Source of the DNA: Thalia democratica | Taxonomy: Eukaryota | Direction of reading: 5' to 3' | Assembly: GCA_965202585.1 (NCBI GenBank) | Contig: OZ241826.1 | Coordinates: 40,176,001-40,240,000 of the forward strand | DNA length: 64,000 bases | Shown here: piece by piece, positions 57,859 through 64,000 of the stretch | Numbering within the stretch: position 1 is the first letter of the stretch | How the letters are laid out: each line of letters begins with the position of its first letter | Notes under the pieces: model-generated | Databases searched by the model: none | What the model was told of the DNA's origin: nothing | Seen by the model: the letters and a program-made list of their open reading frames with translations, nothing else | Position numbers and translations under genes: made by a program

Positions 57859-59641
57859 ATGAGTTACTCCCCAAACAGAAAAATGAAACTCGAAGATTAT
57901 CAAGAAGAAAAAGCGTCCCAAAATGCAGGTGTTGCAAACCTTATGGCAATGGCAGTAAAAAGTCAACAATACACGGAAGATTCTAACAACGACTCGGAAG
58001 GAAGCGAAGCCTCGGCAACTGAGAGCCCTGAACTGCCTGCCCATCCAGACGACGTCGATATGACGCATTTGGCGCCGTTGTGCATCGATGAAAGCGACGA
58101 CTGGCCGAAACATGTGACTTTAAAAAGCATCAGAAACGGCTCAGTGCGGTATTATCGCAACCATGACGACTACCGAGGGTCGTGGGACCCTTCGCAAATG
58201 GCGAGCGTGTCGGGTGACTATTACAAGTACAACGGTAACAACCACTTCGTTTGGACGAACCAGCTCTTTATTGGAAAGGACGTAGAAGTGGACAGTGAAC
58301 TAAATGTCGTTGATAAGGACCCAGAAGTTGTTGAATTGCTCGGTCTTGACAGAGGAACGGTCATCAACTACGAAGCTTGCGACTTGAGAAACCCGGAGAA
58401 CAGTTTTCAATTAAGGAAGGTTGAGCCGTTCGGTCTCGGATTGTTTGCAAAGCATTTAATAAAGAAAGGTTCGTTGAAACTTATTGGTAGCTTATATAAG
58501 TAAATATCAAAGTTGTATTAAGATATGTATAAAGCTAACTATGCGAAAATAAGAAAGTTGAGATATAAAAGAAAGAAGGTCGAAATATAAAGTCAAGTTT
58601 AATTTGTTTTTAAGTAGAACAAGTTGAGGTTGGTTCAAAATTTAAAAGTCTGTAAACAAACTTTTATAAAAAATAAAAGTGATAGTGATCATGAGATTTA
58701 TAAGAAAGAGGATATCATTTAAACTATGTAAATGAAATACCTCAGTAACTTAAATTTTTAACAGGGAGTGTTATCGGTGAGTACACCGGGGAGCTTACAA
58801 CGCCAGATGAGAGTGATAAAAGACGCATTGTTTACCGCCGGAACAATTTGACCAACTACGTTTACGAAACCAGCACTGAGTTCAGGATAGACGCCGGTGC
58901 AATGGGCAACCATACGAGGTTTTTGATAAAATAAAAGATAAATAAAAAAACAAAAGTTACATAGTTACTAGATTTGTCAAAAGATTCATAAAATGCTTTT
59001 CTTGATTTTTAAACTATTTTGTATTATGCCTACAGGTTTATTTTGTTTTTTGTTCTAACACTATTATTTTATATGTTTTTACATTTACGGTTCATGAATA
59101 CGGCATTTTGTTTAAACTGCTTAAAGTTTAAAAAAATCCTATTTTTCTATTTGTATAGTTATGATAAACATAAGGTCTAATTCAAAAATAACTATTTTTG
59201 AAATTTTTTTTCTGTATTAGATGTCAAATTTAGCAATAGTTTTTTTCTGCATGGTAACCTGTAAAAATAAATTGATACATAATAATTTTCAGCAAAACTG
59301 TATAAAAAAAGATTTTTCAACAACCAAAGTATGTTTAATTAACCAACCACAGCTACAACAAAAGTAACTGATACACAATAAACACTTTTCACAGGTTCAT
59401 CAACCACGATTGCGATGAAAACTGCTTGGTGACGTCCGAAGTGACGAACGGGGTTCCGAAAATAACCGTGGTGGCGTACAAAGACATCAAAATGGGAAAA
59501 CAGATCTTTCTCAACTACGGGGCTGGTTATTTCCAGAACATTAAGTGCCTGTGCGGGCACAAAACGAAGTGCCTCGAAATAAAAAAGAGGCAAGGTCGCA
59601 AAAGAAAAATAGGCATCGCAAAAAAATCAAGTATACATTGA
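57859..59641 (+). CDS. SET-domain lysine methyltransferase-like protein, 336 aa; exons 57859-58468, 58765-58918, 59395-59641
   Basis: GLGLFA..IKKG|SVIGEYTGE..IDA..GNHTR|FINHDC..IFLNYG then CLCGHKTKC post-SET-like; phases 1 and 2; 1011 nt. Confidence 0.9.
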
Positions 59642-60508
59642 CGAATAAGCATTAAAAAACTAATAGAAGATAAATAAGCAGAAGTTGTTTTTAAACTTAT
59701 TTAAATTATTAATTAGTTAGAGTATACGATAATTGAGATGAAAAGTCGAGTGTGTTCTACGACATTACTGCTATCAAGCGTTTGCACTAAATTTTATCAA
59801 GAGGTTTTCAAAATGTCCGAAAGTATTCATCTAAGTAATATTGTTGGTCATTCTAATAGGAACAATTGGTATAACTAGTTAGATGTGTTATTGAAATTAT
59901 AAAACATTCGTTTAAATTAAAATCACTACTGAAAACATTGTACTGTAACAATTCAGCACTGTTTTTCTCAAGTCGATAGCGGTTTTATTCTTTCTTTCTT
60001 TTTTCTCAAAGTATTCAAACCGCTTAAATTCAGTAACGCGCTTATTTTGGAGGTTACTAAAAGGTTATAAACTAACCAGTTTTTGAGTGTGCTAGTGATA
60101 ACGCTATTGCTGTAAGTGTTGTGTTCGCATCGTACGTTTTGTACGATGGCGACTGTTTTTTATATGAACATTTGAATTAAAGTAGTTTATTTGTACAGTT
60201 TGTTAGTGTTTTTAACGCATTTTTATATATCGTGATACAGATTTTTGTTTCTAAGACTCGATTTCTTTATATACAATTAGTTTAAGCATTCTAACAATCT
60301 AACTACTTAATTAGGCTAAGCTTAGATTATAGTCTAAGTTAATTCAAATTTCATAAATCGACTTAGCTAAATAACTTCGCTAAGTCAATTCGAAACGTTT
60401 AAATACCGTCACCGATATTGTTATAACGCGTTGAGTCAGTTCTTTTTAATTTCTTCGTTTTGTAGTGGTGACCCAAAATTAGTTTAAAATTTTATTAAGA
60501 CTTTAAAC

Positions 60509-61228
60509 ATGTCTACTATTATTATGGACATAGACTATTCTAGGCCTAGTAGCAGCCAACTGGTTAGGAACTGGAAGTAACTTAAACAAAATAAATATAA
60601 TTTATTAACTTCTGATGTTCCCGCGTATCGCCTTCCCGAACCAGTAGCCTACAGAAAACTCAATTGTAATCACAACCAGTTTAAAGTCTTAGAAAGAGAC
60701 CCATTGTATTGGTTACTACAAAGTCTAGATACTGACATCCATCAACTTATATTATGGGAAGAGTGCGTAGCTGACCAATTAATGTTTATCGAACGCAGTC
60801 GGGATCCGGTCTATTTAACAGACCATATAGCTCACCAATGGGTCGGATATAGGCGCACCGAAGTAATCGAGTCAGAACTTGATAGTCTCAAAACGATTAT
60901 AACAGCCTGTATCGAAGTCAGAGATTTTAAGCAGAAAATTGATTTGTTAAGCGCTGAGATTAGCAAACGACAAAGTAGGCGCGGTATACTCGAAAAAACG
61001 CAGTACGAGAAAATTGTATGGTTCGAGTATCAATGATTTAGCGATACACAGTACCACGCCGTAGTTAACGAAACCTTTAGGGAGCTAGAAGTTATAGAAT
61101 TTGTTTTGAAATTCCTTCCCTCATTAAGTCTTATCGAAGAATTCTCGAATATAGAATCCATGATTACTACATTCGAAAATTTTTGTAGGTACAACGGCAT
61201 CGACGAATTATACTATAGTGGGGAATAA
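60509..61228 (+). pseudogene. Internal ORF1 of LTR-type element, two in-frame stops, unknown product
   Basis: ATG 60509 in frame with track ORF 60704-61036; frame continues past its stop to TAA 61228. Confidence 0.55.
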
Positions 61229-61266
61229 AATTCGTCTTTTTTTCTAATATATTACCTTATAAGGAG

Positions 61267-62088
61267 ATGTGTTTATTTTTCAGTACAACTACAGTTGAGC
61301 ACAGAAATCTCGCTAACTTAAAGTTATTTTTACGTAACACCCACAAAAGAATTCGTGAGAAACTTAAGCGCGAATCTTTGCAAGAATTACGCGAATTCGA
61401 AGCCGAATTAGCCGAGCTCAATCGTAGAATAGCTGCTAGATAATCAAAACTCAATCGCGCTGTCACCATACCAAATTATGACGTCATGAGTACAACGTCA
61501 CTTAATGATTCAAAAATACCTGATAAGAACCAACGTTCTGAGCAACCACGGCAAGCATCACTAGGGCCAGAGTCTACGACTAGCGCCAAAGATCCGAGCC
61601 ATCTTAGTCAGCACCACGTCGGGCAGTCTCAGCGGTCAGCGCAATCGCAGCCAGAATCACCAGGGCCAGAGTCAACGGTCAGAGCCACTGAAGCCAGAAC
61701 CTCCACGACCAGCATCAACGATCAGAGCTATCATAGCCAATACCACATCGAGCAGTCCCAACGATCTGGGCAACCGCAGCCGGAGCCAGAACAGTTAGAG
61801 CCAACGGCCGATATAGAGGCTTACAGAGAGCCGTCTCCACCCGTGAGAACACAAGCATTACTTGCACCATCAGATAAGGAAGCAGATACAGAGCAAATCA
61901 TAAACGAAAGCACAGCAGCGACTACAAACATTTTTTCCAACATTAATTCGTCCGGCAAAGCGACGAACTCACGAAAGTTGCCCTTTTCTCTAAACAAAAG
62001 CACAGCAACGACGTCACGAAACGACGAAACTAAAATAAATGTTAAGAACGATCGCGAAATCTTAACAAAAAATAAATTTCTTACTTGA
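61267..62088 (+). pseudogene. Internal ORF2 of LTR-type element, one in-frame stop; charged helical N-terminus and S/Q/P-rich region
   Basis: ATG 61267 in frame with track ORF 61486-62088; RESLQELREFEAELAELNRRI. Confidence 0.55.
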
Positions 62089-62142
62089 AAAGCAAAACGA
62101 TTGCGAATAACAAAAAACCTATAAAAATTAGCATAGAGCAAA

Positions 62143-62375
62143 TTTTTAAGACAAACCGCGAATTAGTTTGGTTTATATTTTTCAAATAGCGTTTCAAAAC
62201 CGAAACATCTTTAAACAATATCAAAGCACGCATTTTTAAAACTAATCGCGAATTAGTTTGGTTTATATTTTTCAAATGGCGTCTCAAAACCGAAACATCT
62301 TTAAACAATATCGAAGCACGCATTTTTAAAACTAATCGCGAATTATTTTGGTTCATTTTTCACCGATGGCGCTTT
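62143..62375. repeat. 90-bp tandem repeat, ~2.5 copies
   Basis: CGCGAATT at 62157, 62247, 62337. Confidence 0.9.
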
Positions 62376-64000
62376 AAATATTTTAAAATCGAAAAACTAG
62401 TTAGTCAGAAAATAAACCGTTGTGAAACTTTGAGTTTCGGTTCAAGCGCGATTTTTCACCGCTGGAAAACTAAATTAAGATGTTATTGAAACTTTACGGT
62501 TAATTAACTCTTAGAACGAAAAGTTAAGACCAACAAATGAGTAATTTGCTTTTACTTAGTTATAGCAGACAACTAGTCCAAGAAGCTGAGTACGAAATCG
62601 AGTCGTAAGAAATTGAAGGAGTATTTTTAAAATTTAATCTTTAATTAAAATTTTATGCTGAGCTCTTACTAATACTAAAAAAATTGCTTTAATTTGTTAT
62701 ACTTAATTTCAATATGTTTTTTAGCAATAATTTTATGTTCAAACTTTGAACTATAATATTTACAGTTGTACTATAATAACCATAGTAATTGCTAGTAACA
62801 AACTTTATTACCATGTTTTTTTGTTGTTATACACTTCAGCTTACTTATAAAAACACATTTTTAATAAAGTCATTCGAGCTATTAAAAATCTTATTCAGTA
62901 TTTAAACGCTAACAAACAACTTTGTTTTTAACTTTCCTAGAATATTAAAGTTTTTAAAATTAGTACAAAGTTCAATAGCTATATATTTTTACGAAAACAA
63001 GTTTAAACTTTTGAAATGCATGTAATTCTTGTTTTGTCAACTAACTCGTGTTAAATGTGAAATGTTTTTAATACGCTAATAGTTTGTATAAAAAAAACTC
63101 GTTTAAACTGAAGCTATTAATGTTTTTAAGTTTCTTATAAACACACTTGAAAGTACTTGAAATACTTGTAAAAATGACTTCTTTATATTTTTACTTGTGA
63201 TTAAATTAATTCAAGTAGTTGCTTACACTCTTTTTGCACCTTCGCACGAAAACGGCGCGAAAATCAAAAGTCATCAACAAGTCAGCGAAGGAGACTGAGA
63301 GATCTGATGTACCATCAGCGTACGGTGGCCGAGTTGGAGAACAGGTATAAGACCAAGCATGTACAAGGAGCGTGTACGGGAAACAACGGGGTCGAGTACT
63401 ATCAGTGATGAATTTTTAAAAATTCTTTCAGTTTTTTTGTCTTTTTGTAAATTGTTCAAAATTTTTAACTAATTCCGCACGTCATCTACGGATTTTAAAG
63501 CATTTTCAAAATAGAGAAATATTTTTTACTAAACAAGATAAAAGTCGACGACAGTCGGCGGTCATTTTTAGTTTATGCTTCTATATTAGAGATTGTTTAG
63601 TGTTTTTACAAATTCAAAACTAACTAAAGACAATATTTTCTTAACCATAAGTGTAAATTCCAAGTTGGCAAAATAAGTGAAAAGAATGTAACAATTCAGC
63701 ATTGTTTTTCTCAAGTCGAAAGCGGTGTTTCTCTCTTACTTTTTTCTCAAAGTATTCAAACCGCTTAAATTCAGTAACGCGCTTATTTTGGAGGTTACTA
63801 AAAGGTTATAAACCTAAAAGGTTATAAACTAACCAGTTTTTGAGTGTGCTAGTGATAACGCTATTGCTGTAAGTGTTGTGTTCGCATCGTACGTTTTGTA
63901 CGATGGCGACTGTTTTTTATATGAACATTCAAATTAAAGTAGTTTATTTGTACAGTTTGTTAGTGTTTTTACCGCATTTTTATTCATCGTAATACAGATT

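Larger units (their letters stand above)
59944..64000 (+). mobile_element. Non-autonomous LTR-type element: direct repeats starting 59944 and 63687 (right one truncated by window end), degraded ORFs, no recognisable pol
   Basis: ~300 bp highly similar repeats beginning TGTAACA; TGGTGACCC (60466-60474) fits a tRNA-Trp PBS start; purine run before 63687. Confidence 0.8.

Noticed and set aside
57802-59593. Minus-strand ORFs 57802-58113 and 59339-59593
   Set aside because: Antisense shadows of SET exons
62081-62356. Minus ORF with 30-aa repeats
   Set aside because: By-product of the 90-bp tandem repeat; no independent coding evidence

Overview
Very AT-rich eukaryotic (invertebrate animal-like) genomic DNA with GT-AG introns; no tRNA, rRNA or CRISPR array seen. 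Left to right: a ~1.08-kb tandem repeat; a 5-exon secreted Cys-rich precursor gene; an intronless PARP/ART-like gene whose catalytic domain is interrupted by two hydrophobic (probable TM) segments; two intronless RING-HC E3 paralogs, each divergently oriented to a PARP-like copy (one intact, one pseudogene); a disrupted Cys-rich single-pass PPxY protein gene; a 4-coding-exon ubiquitin-S27a (RPS27A) gene with two intronic box C/D snoRNA candidates; two tandem 6-exon TIMP paralogs; a 3-exon SET-domain gene; and a non-autonomous LTR-type element running off the right end. Intergenic DNA holds hAT, mariner-like and MULE-like foldback MITEs, a Penelope-like GIY-YIG relic, a hAT transposase fossil and at least six relics of an unidentified family. 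Gene models were spliced by hand (phases and lengths checked); family assignments come from remembered motifs, not database searches.
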